Virus record (IMG/VR): IMGVR_UViG_3300042197_004429
Location: 32,001-96,000 of that record
Reading direction: 5' to 3' (one strand)
Source of the DNA: a virus
DNA: 64,000 nt
The notes under the pieces are model-generated. The model made no database searches, was not told where the DNA came from, and saw only the letters and a list, made by a program, of their open reading frames with translations. The translations under genes were made by a program, and so were the position numbers. This document shows, one piece after another, positions 1 to 9,928 of this stretch. How positions within the stretch are numbered: position 1 is the stretch's first letter; the number at the start of each line of letters is the position of its first letter.

Positions 1-1
1 A

Positions 2-340
2 GACACCTTCCAGAAGAAGATAGTTGGTTTTTGTTATCCATTTGGCCACCGATCCGACCATATTGATAATATTGTTTTTGAACAAAATTTTATTTACACT
101 AGAACAACACGAATTATTGATAAATTTAATCCAAAAAGAATAGAAAGCGAATCTTGTTTTGATGACCAAAATAAATTTTGGCAAACTTATTATAATAAAA
201 ATAAATATTTTGTTTTTCATGGTCACTCCCAAAGGATTGTTGATCAATTAAATTTAAGAGAAAATCTTAAAAAATTAGTCGAAGATAAAAATATTTTTGT
301 TACACATGATAAAATTATTCAACTTAGAAACACAATTTGA
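2..340 (+). CDS. Partial (5'-truncated) polysaccharide deacetylase-like protein (NodB-homology C-terminal part)
   Basis: Open frame from the window edge to TGA at 338-340; contains FCYPFG and FVFHGHS, resembling the F.YP.G and L.H motifs of CE4 deacetylases. Confidence 0.5.
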   Translation, partial: DTFQKKIVGFCYPFGHRSDHIDNIVFEQNFIYTRTTRIIDKFNPKRIESESCFDDQNKFWQTYYNKNKYFVFHGHSQRIVDQLNLRENLKKLVEDKNIFVTHDKIIQLRNTI

Positions 341-344
341 TAAT

Positions 345-415
345 GCGGGTGTGGTGTAGTAGCAACACGAAAGTTTTCCAAACTTTAGATTTCGGAGCGT
401 AACCGAATACCCGCT
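345..415 (+). tRNA. tRNA-Gly(TCC), atypical D/T loops, no encoded CCA
   Basis: Acceptor GCGGGTG/TACCCGC, D stem GTGT/ACAC, anticodon stem AAAGT/ACTTT with loop TTTCCAA, T stem TTCGG/CCGAA with loop AGCGTAA. Confidence 0.85.
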
Positions 416-433
416 CTTTGGAGTAAATTAATA

Positions 434-1264
434 TTGATTAAAATCAATAAATTTGTTTATTGTGTTACCAATGGAGGTTTAAACGATGTTTTAAATCAAA
501 TAATTTTGTGTTATGAATATTGCAAAAAACACAAAAGGCTATTAGTTGTCAATTGTAGCCACTCAAAAGTAAAAGAAGATATTGATAATTTTTTTGAATT
601 TAAAAAAAACAAATTTATTTACAAAAAAGATTTAGATACATTCTTTAAAATTTCCGAAAAATTAACCAAATTTCCCGATTATAAAATTGATGAAAAATTA
701 AAAAAAGAAATTTTTTTTGATATAAAAAGAAAATATAATGAAGATATTTTAATATTTTCTTTTTCTTCTTTTAAAAGACATTACTTCACTCATTCCAATG
801 ATTTTTTTAAAAATTTTGAATTAAAAGAAGAAATCTTGGATGAATTAAAAAGTAGACTTCTAAAACTTCCAAAAGATTATATATCGGTACATATAAGAGA
901 CACAGACCTGTCCTCTGATGTTTTTTCTTTTTTAAACAATAATATAAATAATTTTATTGATAAAAACATATTCCTATCATCAGATAATTTTGACACTATA
1001 GAATTTTTTAAAAATAGTGTAAAAGCAAAAATTTTTACATTTTCAAACATTCCCAAATTAGACAAACAAAAATCCAAGATGGGTCTTCATAGATTAAATT
1101 CTTTAAATAAGAGACAAATCATAATAGATAGCATTTTGGATTTAATAATTTTATCTTTGGGAAAACAATTATATTGTTCGTGTCACCATTCGGGTTTTTC
1201 AAGAAATGCTTCCGTTATGATGAAGGATGGCGATCTTGTTTTTAAATTTAATAACCTAAAATAG
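434..1264 (+). CDS. NodZ/O-fucosyltransferase-like glycosyltransferase (GT-B)
   Basis: GGLNDVL N-terminal motif, YISVHIRDTD, IFLSSD, SGFS; paralogous to 50787-51737. Confidence 0.6.
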   Translation: MIKINKFVYCVTNGGLNDVLNQIILCYEYCKKHKRLLVVNCSHSKVKEDIDNFFEFKKNKFIYKKDLDTFFKISEKLTKFPDYKIDEKLKKEIFFDIKRKYNEDILIFSFSSFKRHYFTHSNDFFKNFELKEEILDELKSRLLKLPKDYISVHIRDTDLSSDVFSFLNNNINNFIDKNIFLSSDNFDTIEFFKNSVKAKIFTFSNIPKLDKQKSKMGLHRLNSLNKRQIIIDSILDLIILSLGKQLYCSCHHSGFSRNASVMMKDGDLVFKFNNLK

Positions 1265-1883
1265 ACAAAACATCAGCGGGTAGAATTTTATTAATATGAT
1301 TTAAATTATTTTTTGTCATATACTTTTCCCAAGTATAAGAAAAATCAGGATTTGTAAAATTGATTTTTTTTGATCCTAATTTTTTCATAATCTTCAATAA
1401 AATTTTATTATTTAAATTCATGTGTTGACTTATTTTTTTGCTTAAATTTTCAATGGAATCGGTTGTCCAGAAATTTTCTAATTTTACAAATAACGTACTT
1501 CTCTTTATTTTTATATCCTCATAAATTGCTAAAATTGTTTTTTTTCCTACGTTGCTTGCTTCATAATTTATTTGTTCTTCTAATGATTTTAAACTTGTTA
1601 TGTTTTCAAAATAACTTTTTTTGTTTTTAGATTTTTTGTGTAACCAATCCTCTTTGCCAGATAAATGATACCTTGCTCCTGACATTATTATTTCATAAGG
1701 ATGACGAATAATAGATAAACTTTTTCTTTGTTTTAAATCTTCTTGTTTCAAAGAATGAAAATTATTTGTGAATTGAATATCACAATTAGTCTCCTCGCAG
1801 TATTTTTCAAAAATGTTTTTAATTAAACAAGTCCCAGTTTTGTGATAACTTCCAACAATTGGACATTTTTCAATTTTAATCAT
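1248..1883 (-). CDS. Sulfotransferase-like protein
   Basis: YHKTGT (5'-PSB-like) and IIRHPYEIIMS (3'-PB-like) motifs. Confidence 0.55.
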   Translation of the reverse strand: MIKIEKCPIVGSYHKTGTCLIKNIFEKYCEETNCDIQFTNNFHSLKQEDLKQRKSLSIIRHPYEIIMSGARYHLSGKEDWLHKKSKNKKSYFENITSLKSLEEQINYEASNVGKKTILAIYEDIKIKRSTLFVKLENFWTTDSIENLSKKISQHMNLNNKILLKIMKKLGSKKINFTNPDFSYTWEKYMTKNNLNHINKILPADVLSILGY

Positions 1884-1886
1884 AGT

Positions 1887-2291
1887 TTAATAGTAATGCG
1901 ACAAGTTCATAAAGTTTGTTATGTGACCTGTTGGTCTTATTCCTTCATTGTTATCATAAAGACCGGTATTGTGACCCGTTGGTCGTATGCCTTTTTGTTT
2001 TTCCCCAATTATATTAAAGTTTTTTGTTTGTGGTTGTTTTGAAAAACTTTTTAAGGTTTGTTTTTGATTTAAAATTTCTTTGATTTGTTTTTGTTGTTGC
2101 TTTAGAGGCAAAACTTGATTGTGGTATATTGGGGGCGACATCGGATCTTGTAAACCACCCAATGCCATATAAGGACTCACGACAGGTCTTCGGTAAACAT
2201 CAGAGAACGGTGGATTTGCTGGTTGTTGTGCAAAAGTTTTTGTTTCAAATATTAAAAAAAATAATAAAATTATTTTGGGTATTTTTTTCAT
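1887..2291 (-). CDS. Secreted hypothetical protein with duplicated GIRPTGH motif
   Basis: N-terminal signal peptide (MKKIPKIILLFFLIFETKTFA); RPVVSPYM...RPTGH...FMNLSHYY. Confidence 0.65.
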   Translation of the reverse strand: MKKIPKIILLFFLIFETKTFAQQPANPPFSDVYRRPVVSPYMALGGLQDPMSPPIYHNQVLPLKQQQKQIKEILNQKQTLKSFSKQPQTKNFNIIGEKQKGIRPTGHNTGLYDNNEGIRPTGHITNFMNLSHYY

Positions 2292-2302
2292 GCGTCAATC
2301 CT

Positions 2303-2330
2303 TTGACTTAAATTTAAATTTATTTATACT
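2303..2330 (+). promoter_or_regulatory. Putative sigma70-type promoter
   Basis: TTGACT-16 nt-TATACT, followed by AGAGG SD and ATG at 2352. Confidence 0.5.
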
Positions 2331-2351
2331 TATTAAAACAAAGAGGTCTTT

Positions 2352-2561
2352 ATGTGGTGCTTAGAAACAATTGTTGAATTAAATCAAAAAGCCATGGAGG
2401 CTTATATAGAAGGCCGTCATTTAGCCGAAGCGTATAAAGACGTAGGCATAAATTCCGATATTCAAAATTCAAATTATATTTTTGATCAAAATGAATTAGA
2501 TGAAATTGCTTTAAATTTGAGGGAAAATGATGTACAAATTACTTCAAGCCGATGGATTTGA
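2352..2561 (+). CDS. Hypothetical protein
   Basis: ORF with SD after promoter. Confidence 0.6.
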   Translation: MWCLETIVELNQKAMEAYIEGRHLAEAYKDVGINSDIQNSNYIFDQNELDEIALNLRENDVQITSSRWI

Positions 2562-2799
2562 AGATGCTCTTCTCGGAATTGGCACCAAAAAAGGCTCAGA
2601 AGATTCTTTGGTATACGATTACGAACGATGTGTTGAAATTTTGATTGATCGTGAAGGAATGTCCCACGAAGAGGCAATTGAGTGGATGGAGTTTAATGTG
2701 GTAGACGCATACGTTGGACCAACTACCCCGATATTCGTACACACAGACCCAGAATACACAATTCAGTATATTCGGTCCCAAAACGACGACATTGCCTAG
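2527..2799 (+). CDS. Conserved phage hypothetical protein
   Basis: ADGFEDALLG...VYDYERCVEIL...EAIEWMEFNVVDAYVGPTTPIF pattern familiar from phage genomes. Confidence 0.7.
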   Translation: MMYKLLQADGFEDALLGIGTKKGSEDSLVYDYERCVEILIDREGMSHEEAIEWMEFNVVDAYVGPTTPIFVHTDPEYTIQYIRSQNDDIA

Positions 2800-2867
2800 C
2801 GGCGACGGCAACAGTTTGCAAAACTGTCGAGGAAACTCCATCGTGGGTTCGAGTCCCACTGTCGTCT
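2785..2867 (+). tRNA. tRNA-Cys(GCA) with long variable arm, no encoded CCA
   Basis: Acceptor GACGACA/TGTCGTC, U73, D stem GCC/GGC, anticodon stem ACAGT/ACTGT with loop TTGCAAA, extra arm GAG-GAAA-CTC, T arm GTGGG-TTCGAGT-CCCAC. Confidence 0.85.
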
Positions 2868-2920
2868 TTTTTGCAACAAAATTACATATATAATTTTAAC
2901 ATTTAACAAATAGAATTTAT

Positions 2921-3190
2921 ATGAAAACTTTTCAGCAATTTTTAGAAATGCAAACACCCGTTGTTGGCGGCAGTCAACCAATACCGAGCCCTTTATCTTC
3001 GTATGATTCAACGGGTGCAAGATACACACCCGATCAAATGCCAGAAAAATACCAACAGTATAAAGAAGACATCAGAAGAGTTTGGGATTTTATACAAGCC
3101 CAATCGGTTTCTTTGAACAAGCCAGAACTTCAAAAAATATTTCACGAATTCATTAATTCTTTGAAGTCAGCCGGATTCACTGGTGCTTAA
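2921..3190 (+). CDS. Putative internal head protein (CTS-like N-terminus)
   Basis: Starts MKTFQQFLE, like T4 internal-protein CTS MKTYQEFIAE. Confidence 0.6.
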   Translation: MKTFQQFLEMQTPVVGGSQPIPSPLSSYDSTGARYTPDQMPEKYQQYKEDIRRVWDFIQAQSVSLNKPELQKIFHEFINSLKSAGFTGA

Positions 3191-3476
3191 TTTTTTGCAA
3201 AAAAAAATTTTGAATTTGTTGACTAGATTGCCCGCTTGGTTTAAAATACAAATTCAACCCAGAGAAAAAAGTATGAACAATTTGCAAAAATTGAGAAATC
3301 AACTTGCCGAGCATGGTTATGAATGCACCATTGAAGAAACAAAAGGTTTATTTAAAATAGCAAAAAGGCTTAAATCAATGGCCAGAATGCCGAACGAAGA
3401 ACTGGCTATTATTTTGGATTTAGAAAATCCTCAACAACGACATATTTTCAATACAATTCAAACGATGAGAAGGTGA
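3183..3476 (+). CDS. Hypothetical protein (start uncertain)
   Basis: ORF in co-oriented run. Confidence 0.5.
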   Translation: MLNFLQKKILNLLTRLPAWFKIQIQPREKSMNNLQKLRNQLAEHGYECTIEETKGLFKIAKRLKSMARMPNEELAIILDLENPQQRHIFNTIQTMRR

Positions 3477-3480
3477 TTTT

Positions 3481-4122
3481 GTGATCAAAAAATGGAAATT
3501 TTTTATTCTAATCGCTATTTTTTTATTTGTTTTTGCCTTTTCAAGTTTTAATATTTTTTTGGAAAAACACACTTTTAATGTTACTCAACAAAACGAATAT
3601 GTTTTAGATTGTGAGTTTGAAAAAGTTAAAAAAATTTTAGTAAGAACCGATGTTCTTGAAGAAATTATATCTTATGAGCAAGGCCGTTTATTGGATAAGA
3701 AATGGAATAAGTTAGTATTCTCATCTAATCGCCCTTTGATAGACGGCATAGACATAGATGCTCGTTGCGAGTTTTTAGTTTTAAAAAACGACCATTATTT
3801 GGGTGATTTAAAATTAAGATTTAAACAAGACACACATATCGATAAGTCCAAAATAGTCTCCCGCACAGAATTGATGGAACCTGTTGGGTTTATGAAAAAA
3901 CTACAGACCGAGATGCTTGTTTCAAAAAAAGAAAAACAAACTCAATTTTTTGTAAAGAATTCTATACAGTACGAAAGAACCGTGCCCAAAAGAATGGTAA
4001 AAGAAATTTATAACAATATTGAAAACTCTCTTAAAATTATGTTGGATAATAATCAAAAAGTAATCACAGATCTTGTTTCAAAATATTCCAACAAATCTTT
4101 TATAATATCGGCTGAAAAATGA
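3481..4122 (+). CDS. Membrane-anchored hypothetical protein
   Basis: Hydrophobic N-terminal segment; 213 aa. Confidence 0.65.
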   Translation: MIKKWKFFILIAIFLFVFAFSSFNIFLEKHTFNVTQQNEYVLDCEFEKVKKILVRTDVLEEIISYEQGRLLDKKWNKLVFSSNRPLIDGIDIDARCEFLVLKNDHYLGDLKLRFKQDTHIDKSKIVSRTELMEPVGFMKKLQTEMLVSKKEKQTQFFVKNSIQYERTVPKRMVKEIYNNIENSLKIMLDNNQKVITDLVSKYSNKSFIISAEK

Positions 4123-4718
4123 ACGGTGAAGAAGTTAATTTATTGATGACTCCAGAGTCTCGTGCTTCTTTGGATGAAAGTAAATCTAAAGATGAATTAT
4201 TGTTAAAGCTTCATGTTTTTGATGTTGCTTTTCATAATTTCGAAGCACTACAAGTAGCTTCGGGAGATATAATCGAAGGAGACAATTTTTCCTTTGTTCC
4301 TTTTCCTTGTGGTGCTTTTGCCGATTTATTGATTGAATCTTTTTTTATTTTAGGGCAAGATCGTTCTAAAAAATTTTTAGATGTTGGTTGTGGAATTGGC
4401 ACAAAAGTAGTTTTGGCTTGTTCTTTTTTTGATGCTTATGGAATTGATTATGATCAAAAGTATGTGGATAAGGCTCATCAAATAGGAATAAATCGTGTTG
4501 GATTTTGTGACGCCTTGAAATTTGATAAATATGAAAATTATGATTTAATATATTATTATAGACCAATATTTAACCCTGAAATTTATTATAATTTTGAGTA
4601 TTTAGTTCACAAAAGCATGAAGAAAGGAAGTTTGGTTGCTCCAATGTTTACAAATTATCCTTGGGATAAACAAGAAGACATTGAGAGATTAACTAAATTT
4701 TTGTATAGAAAAAAATGA
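4119..4718 (+). CDS. Class I SAM-dependent methyltransferase
   Basis: FLDVGCGIGTK motif I, YGIDYD, YDLIYYYRP. Confidence 0.8.
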   Translation: MNGEEVNLLMTPESRASLDESKSKDELLLKLHVFDVAFHNFEALQVASGDIIEGDNFSFVPFPCGAFADLLIESFFILGQDRSKKFLDVGCGIGTKVVLACSFFDAYGIDYDQKYVDKAHQIGINRVGFCDALKFDKYENYDLIYYYRPIFNPEIYYNFEYLVHKSMKKGSLVAPMFTNYPWDKQEDIERLTKFLYRKK

Positions 4719-5101
4719 TTAAGCAAGTAATTGTTATGCGATGCAAGTACCCTGACGGCAAGGGCGGCACAACTGGCCTAAGAAAAGGCAAAATGATTGC
4801 CCAAGCATGTCATGCTTCTATGTCTTTTATCACAAGAAGATTAGACAAAAATGAACCAATCACGCAAGTTCAAAAAGATTGGCTTGATAATAGTTTTACT
4901 AAGATATGTGTTGGCGTAGATACGGAACAAGAATTATTAGACGTTGCCGAAAAAGCGAAAAAAATGAATGTTGAATGCCATGTTATAACCGATAATGGAA
5001 AGACTGAGTTCGGTGGAGTTCCAACGAAAACCTGCTTGGCACTAGGACCAGACGCATCTGAAAAGATAGATGAGGTAACTGGCGATTTGAAACTATTATA
5101 A
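4715..5101 (+). CDS. pth2: Peptidyl-tRNA hydrolase, Pth2 family
   Basis: KQVIVMR, KGKMIAQACHAS, KICVGV, ITDNGKTEF, TCLALGP, IDEVTGDLKLL. Confidence 0.92.
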   Translation: MIKQVIVMRCKYPDGKGGTTGLRKGKMIAQACHASMSFITRRLDKNEPITQVQKDWLDNSFTKICVGVDTEQELLDVAEKAKKMNVECHVITDNGKTEFGGVPTKTCLALGPDASEKIDEVTGDLKLL

Positions 5102-5104
5102 TTC

Positions 5105-7336
5105 ATGTCCTCTAAGAATAAAAATTGGTTAAATTTTGCCAGTCAGTCTATGGCAAAATTGCTAAATGAAGATTTTGATCCTTCTATCTTTTTGGATCAC
5201 TTTAGGAAATGTTCTAAAAATTTAAAAATAGAGTTGGAAAGTTTGTTTGTGCAGGCAATTTTGCTCAAGCCCGACAAACCTTGGCCTTATTTTTTTTTGG
5301 CAGAAATAGCCGATAGTGTAGATGATAAATTATATCTTTATCGTGAATCGCTAAAGGTTAACAAGACAGACTATGCCAAAAAAATGATAGAAGGTCTGTC
5401 TGACTTAAATTTTGTCAATCTGCCAAATAAAATTACAAGTTATGAAAAATTTCCTTTATGTAAAAATGTTTTATATTTTTCTCCAGAGGCACCAGATTTT
5501 GATTGCAGTAGCGGCGGTAATAGACTTTATGAAATTTTAAAAATACTCGCAGATTCTAATTTTAACGTTTATTTTTTGTGCAATAATTCAAAAAACATTA
5601 AACATTTAAATTGTTTAAAAGATTTAAAAATTAATTGTTTTGAAGCAGATTTTTCTAAAAGAATTTTTATTCAAGATTATATCAAACAGTTCGATGAGGA
5701 GGATTTAAATTTTGAAGTTGCTATTTTTTCTTGGTACGATTCGGCTCATCAATACTTTGATTTTGTAAAAGAACAATACCCGGAAATAAAAACAATAATA
5801 GACACGGTTGATGTCCATTGGAAAAGAGAATTTAGAGGATTTGAAAAAGGAATTTTTGAACAAAAACAGGTTATTGAAAGAAAAAATATTGAAATTGAAG
5901 TTTATTCCAAGGCAGATGTTTTATTTGCTGTTACTCAAGAAGATGCTTTAGAATTGAAAAAAGAATTGGGAGAAGACGCCAATGTTAAAATATTATCTAA
6001 TATTCACAAATTAAAAAATAATGAAAAACTTGGGGAAGACATTGTTTTTATAGGTAATTATAATCACACTCCCAATGTTGATGCAGTAATTGATTGTATT
6101 GATATATTCCAACAATTCTCCAATACGGATTTTTATAAAAAACTCTCCAATAAACCCAAACTAAGAATAGCTGGTCCAAACTTAGAATTTAGCATTTTAG
6201 AAAAAGCACAAAATATTGAAAATGTTGTAGTTGAAGGACACGTTCATAATTTAAATGATTTTTATAAAAACACAAAGGTTCTAATGGCTCCTATAAATTG
6301 GGGAGCAGGAATCAAAGGAAAAATTTGTGACTCCTGCATTAGAGGAGTCCCGGTCATCACAACGGATATCGGCAACGAAGGAATAAATTTAGTAAACAAT
6401 GAAAGCGGTTTTATTGCTAATACTAAAGATGAGTTTTTAGAAAGATTAAAAAATGTTTATTCAATGCCTTTAGATCAATTAGAAACAATAGCAAAAAATG
6501 GACAAAATTTGATTGATTCTTTAGTTTCTCCAAATAAAGCCAAAAATATTCTTATTTCTAATTTAATTCCAAAAAATATAGTAATAAGCATTGTTATGTT
6601 TAACAAATTAGATATAATTAAAAATTGCTTAAATTCAATACTAAAAAACACACAATATTCAAATTATACAATAGCTCTAACCGACAACACCCTCAACCCA
6701 GACGTAGAGAATTACGTTTTAGAAGTTCAAAAATTACATAAAGAAAAAATATTATATTTCAAAAATCAATCAAATGAGTATTTTGTAGAATCTAATAACA
6801 AAATACTCAATCACCCAGATTTTGTTTCATCGGACATAGTTTTAGTAAATGATGACATAGAAATTACAAGCGAATGCTGGCTATCGTACCTATACTCCGC
6901 CGCCTACTCAGAATACGATGTTTGTGCCGTGGGAGGCAAGATTCTACATCCTGATAATAAAGTTGCTGAGTGTGGATCTGAGTTAAACAACGAAGGTTTA
7001 GGTGGTCACCACGGTTATGGATTGGACCCAAATATAGATTTTTTAAACAAACGCAGGCATGTGGGGTACTGCTCTGGTTGTTTATTGTATATGAGAAGAG
7101 ATGCCCTAGATCTATTTGGAGTTTTTGATAAAGATTTTGCTCCTATGTATTTTGAAGATAGCGAATGGCAATACCGGTGTCATGTTGGAGGATACAAGAC
7201 AATTTATGAACCAAGGTGTGTGGCAATCCATCATGAAGAAAAACAAGAAAATAAACCCATGAAGAAACACCAAAAGACCAACAGGATTAAATTTTTGGAA
7301 AAATATAAAGATATAGATATAGAAAAATATAATTAA
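5105..7336 (+). CDS. Fused GT4 + GT2 glycosyltransferase
   Basis: GT4 part FIGNYNHTPNVDA/GIKGKI/PVITT; GT2 part VLVNDD, SGCLLYMRR, FAPMYFEDSEW. Confidence 0.85.
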   Translation: MSSKNKNWLNFASQSMAKLLNEDFDPSIFLDHFRKCSKNLKIELESLFVQAILLKPDKPWPYFFLAEIADSVDDKLYLYRESLKVNKTDYAKKMIEGLSDLNFVNLPNKITSYEKFPLCKNVLYFSPEAPDFDCSSGGNRLYEILKILADSNFNVYFLCNNSKNIKHLNCLKDLKINCFEADFSKRIFIQDYIKQFDEEDLNFEVAIFSWYDSAHQYFDFVKEQYPEIKTIIDTVDVHWKREFRGFEKGIFEQKQVIERKNIEIEVYSKADVLFAVTQEDALELKKELGEDANVKILSNIHKLKNNEKLGEDIVFIGNYNHTPNVDAVIDCIDIFQQFSNTDFYKKLSNKPKLRIAGPNLEFSILEKAQNIENVVVEGHVHNLNDFYKNTKVLMAPINWGAGIKGKICDSCIRGVPVITTDIGNEGINLVNNESGFIANTKDEFLERLKNVYSMPLDQLETIAKNGQNLIDSLVSPNKAKNILISNLIPKNIVISIVMFNKLDIIKNCLNSILKNTQYSNYTIALTDNTLNPDVENYVLEVQKLHKEKILYFKNQSNEYFVESNNKILNHPDFVSSDIVLVNDDIEITSECWLSYLYSAAYSEYDVCAVGGKILHPDNKVAECGSELNNEGLGGHHGYGLDPNIDFLNKRRHVGYCSGCLLYMRRDALDLFGVFDKDFAPMYFEDSEWQYRCHVGGYKTIYEPRCVAIHHEEKQENKPMKKHQKTNRIKFLEKYKDIDIEKYN

Positions 7337-7337
7337 T

Positions 7338-8618
7338 ATGAAATCTTGTATACTAACGACATTTTATAATCCAACAAAATCAAAGAATAAAATAAAAAAT
7401 TTTTATTCTTTTTATGATTCTTTAAAAAAACAAAAACTTAATGACTTACTTTATGTTTGTGAAATTTCCCATGATGCACAATTTGAAATAAATGGTATTG
7501 ATAACTATCACCAAATAACTAATTCGGATTTTTTGTGGCATAAAGAATCAGCCATCAATTATCTTTTAACTAAAGTAAAAAATGATTTTGATGGTGTGAT
7601 ACTAGCCGATTGCGATATAAAAATAGATAATAACAATTGGTACGATAAAACAAATTTTTTTTTAAATGATTATGTTTGTTTGCAACCTTTTGAAAAAATA
7701 AATTACCTAAATTGGGATAATTCATTTGTGGAGTACACAGATAAATCCTTTTTTAATTTTTTAAGTTCGAGTTATTTCGTTGATCGTGGTAATCCTGGTG
7801 CTTTAATAGCGTATAGAAGGGACTATTTGGATTCTATCGGTGGTTTGTTTTCTAAATGTTTGATTGGGGGCGGAGACACTATCAACATAATTCCATTTTG
7901 TTATGATAAATTTTTTCAATTTAAATTTCTTGATAGAGTTTGCAAAGATATTAGATGTGAAATATTCGATTATTTTGATAAATGTTTATTAGCTATTAAA
8001 AAATTGAATAAAAAAAATTATATTTTTTTAGAAAACATTAACATTTTTCATATGTTTCATGGATTAATTAAACAAAGAAATTATGAAGAAAGATATAAAA
8101 TAATAAATGATTTAAATTTTAATGATTATTTTTTAATAAATAATCAAGGATTTTTTAACATAATTAAAAATTCAAAAAATTTAAATAATCAAATTTTAAA
8201 TTTTTACAAATCTAGAGATGATGACTTTTTTATTGAAAATAATACCCCGGTTATTGTTTCAACTTTAAACAAATTAAAAAAAGAACAAGAAGGATCCTGG
8301 CTGTGTGGTTGTGATAATTTTTATTTGTCTAATATTAAAAAAATAAAAATTAGTTTAAATAAATGTCATTTAAACTTAAATTATTTTGAAGTTTATTTAA
8401 ATAATCAAAAATTTCCTTTTGATTTTAAAAATCAAAAGGAAATAGAATTAGAATTTGAAGATCCCAAAACCATACAAATAAAATCTGATGGGTATGTTCC
8501 ATTTACAATAAAAGAAAGTGAAGATATAAGAAATCTTTCCTTTCTTATAAAAGATATAAAAATACAAACCAAGAACGACAACAGATACATAGATTATCCA
8601 TTAGAAGAAATTTTTTAA
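7338..8618 (+). CDS. GT-A fold glycosyltransferase-like protein
   Basis: WHKESAIN, ILADCD (DxD), IGGGD, HMFHG. Confidence 0.6.
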   Translation: MKSCILTTFYNPTKSKNKIKNFYSFYDSLKKQKLNDLLYVCEISHDAQFEINGIDNYHQITNSDFLWHKESAINYLLTKVKNDFDGVILADCDIKIDNNNWYDKTNFFLNDYVCLQPFEKINYLNWDNSFVEYTDKSFFNFLSSSYFVDRGNPGALIAYRRDYLDSIGGLFSKCLIGGGDTINIIPFCYDKFFQFKFLDRVCKDIRCEIFDYFDKCLLAIKKLNKKNYIFLENINIFHMFHGLIKQRNYEERYKIINDLNFNDYFLINNQGFFNIIKNSKNLNNQILNFYKSRDDDFFIENNTPVIVSTLNKLKKEQEGSWLCGCDNFYLSNIKKIKISLNKCHLNLNYFEVYLNNQKFPFDFKNQKEIELEFEDPKTIQIKSDGYVPFTIKESEDIRNLSFLIKDIKIQTKNDNRYIDYPLEEIF

Positions 8619-8620
8619 AA

Positions 8621-9928
8621 ATGATTGGCAAATTAATATACGAAGCTGAGAAATTCTTAGACTCAACAGAAACTGGACCTGAGTTGGTTGAAAAATACGC
8701 TCGTACTATATGCACGGACTTGTTGTTTTTAAACGAACAATTAGTTTTACCTATTATTGAAAAAATGAAGCAAAACACTGTAGATTTTGCTAAAAAATAT
8801 AGCGGAATTTATAGAAATTTTAATGGCGATAAAATTTATACAAGAAATGAATTACAATTTAAAAAAAATTGGTTAATAGCAAAATACAATAATCAAGTTG
8901 AAAATTTCCAAACTAGCGGTAGCACAACGGGTCAAAGTTTTTCTTATTATGTTTGGAAAAATTATATTGATTTTATAGAAGATAAAAATCAATATGGAAT
9001 GATTTTAGATGAATATGATATTGATAGATCAACAAATACTAAGTTGAATATTTTGATTTTAAGCAGTCTTCCTTATAATCCTAAATTTGAAGGTTTTTAT
9101 CTTCAAGACGATCAAGGTTACCCTTATGCCATGCACTCACACAAATCTTTGAAATCTAATAGATTTTTTGTAAACTTTGATAGTTACACAAGCAAACCGA
9201 TTGATTGGCATAATAATTTATTTAAATTGATAGAATCTTTTAATTTTGATGTTATTTTAACAAATTCAGCAGTTCTCCATACTTTGGTTTATTATTGTAA
9301 AAAATTAAATTTCAACAAAAAATTATGCAGACTGATCAGCCATACGGGACAATTTTTAATAAGTGAAGATAAAAGTTTTTTGTTAGAAAACAAATATTTA
9401 GATTACTTTTGTGATCACATGAGGTGTTGGGATGGTGGGGCAACTTTCTTTGCTTGCAAATATGGAACTTATCATTTGATGGATAATCTTAGTTTTGTAG
9501 AAGAAGTTGATAATAAAATGACCTCGACAGATTATTTTTCATTACCTAGTCCTTTTATTAATTATTGGAATGGGGATTTGTGTTCTGTTGAAAAAAAATA
9601 CGATAGGTGCGAGTGCGGCAGACTGTTTAGAAAATTTAATATGATTGACAATAGACCATTTAATATCAAGGGACCAGATAAACTAAACGATATCAAAAAT
9701 AAAATTATAAATTTAGATTTTTCAAGCGATATTGATCAAATTGTTTTTGATGGTAAGAATGTCTTGGTTTATATCAAAAATAATTTAGATGATAGTCAAA
9801 TTAATCAATTAAAAAATATTCTAATCAATTTTAATATCGTTATACACAACAATTATTCGGTCAACAGCCCCCATCCAACCAATATAGCCAACCACCTCGA
9901 ACCTCCCCATCACAACCGCAACCCTTAG
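8621..9928 (+). CDS. CapK/phenylacetate-CoA ligase-like adenylate-forming enzyme
   Basis: FQTSGSTTG A3 loop, TDYFSLPSPFINYWNGDL, CECGR. Confidence 0.7.
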   Translation: MIGKLIYEAEKFLDSTETGPELVEKYARTICTDLLFLNEQLVLPIIEKMKQNTVDFAKKYSGIYRNFNGDKIYTRNELQFKKNWLIAKYNNQVENFQTSGSTTGQSFSYYVWKNYIDFIEDKNQYGMILDEYDIDRSTNTKLNILILSSLPYNPKFEGFYLQDDQGYPYAMHSHKSLKSNRFFVNFDSYTSKPIDWHNNLFKLIESFNFDVILTNSAVLHTLVYYCKKLNFNKKLCRLISHTGQFLISEDKSFLLENKYLDYFCDHMRCWDGGATFFACKYGTYHLMDNLSFVEEVDNKMTSTDYFSLPSPFINYWNGDLCSVEKKYDRCECGRLFRKFNMIDNRPFNIKGPDKLNDIKNKIINLDFSSDIDQIVFDGKNVLVYIKNNLDDSQINQLKNILINFNIVIHNNYSVNSPHPTNIANHLEPPHHNRNP

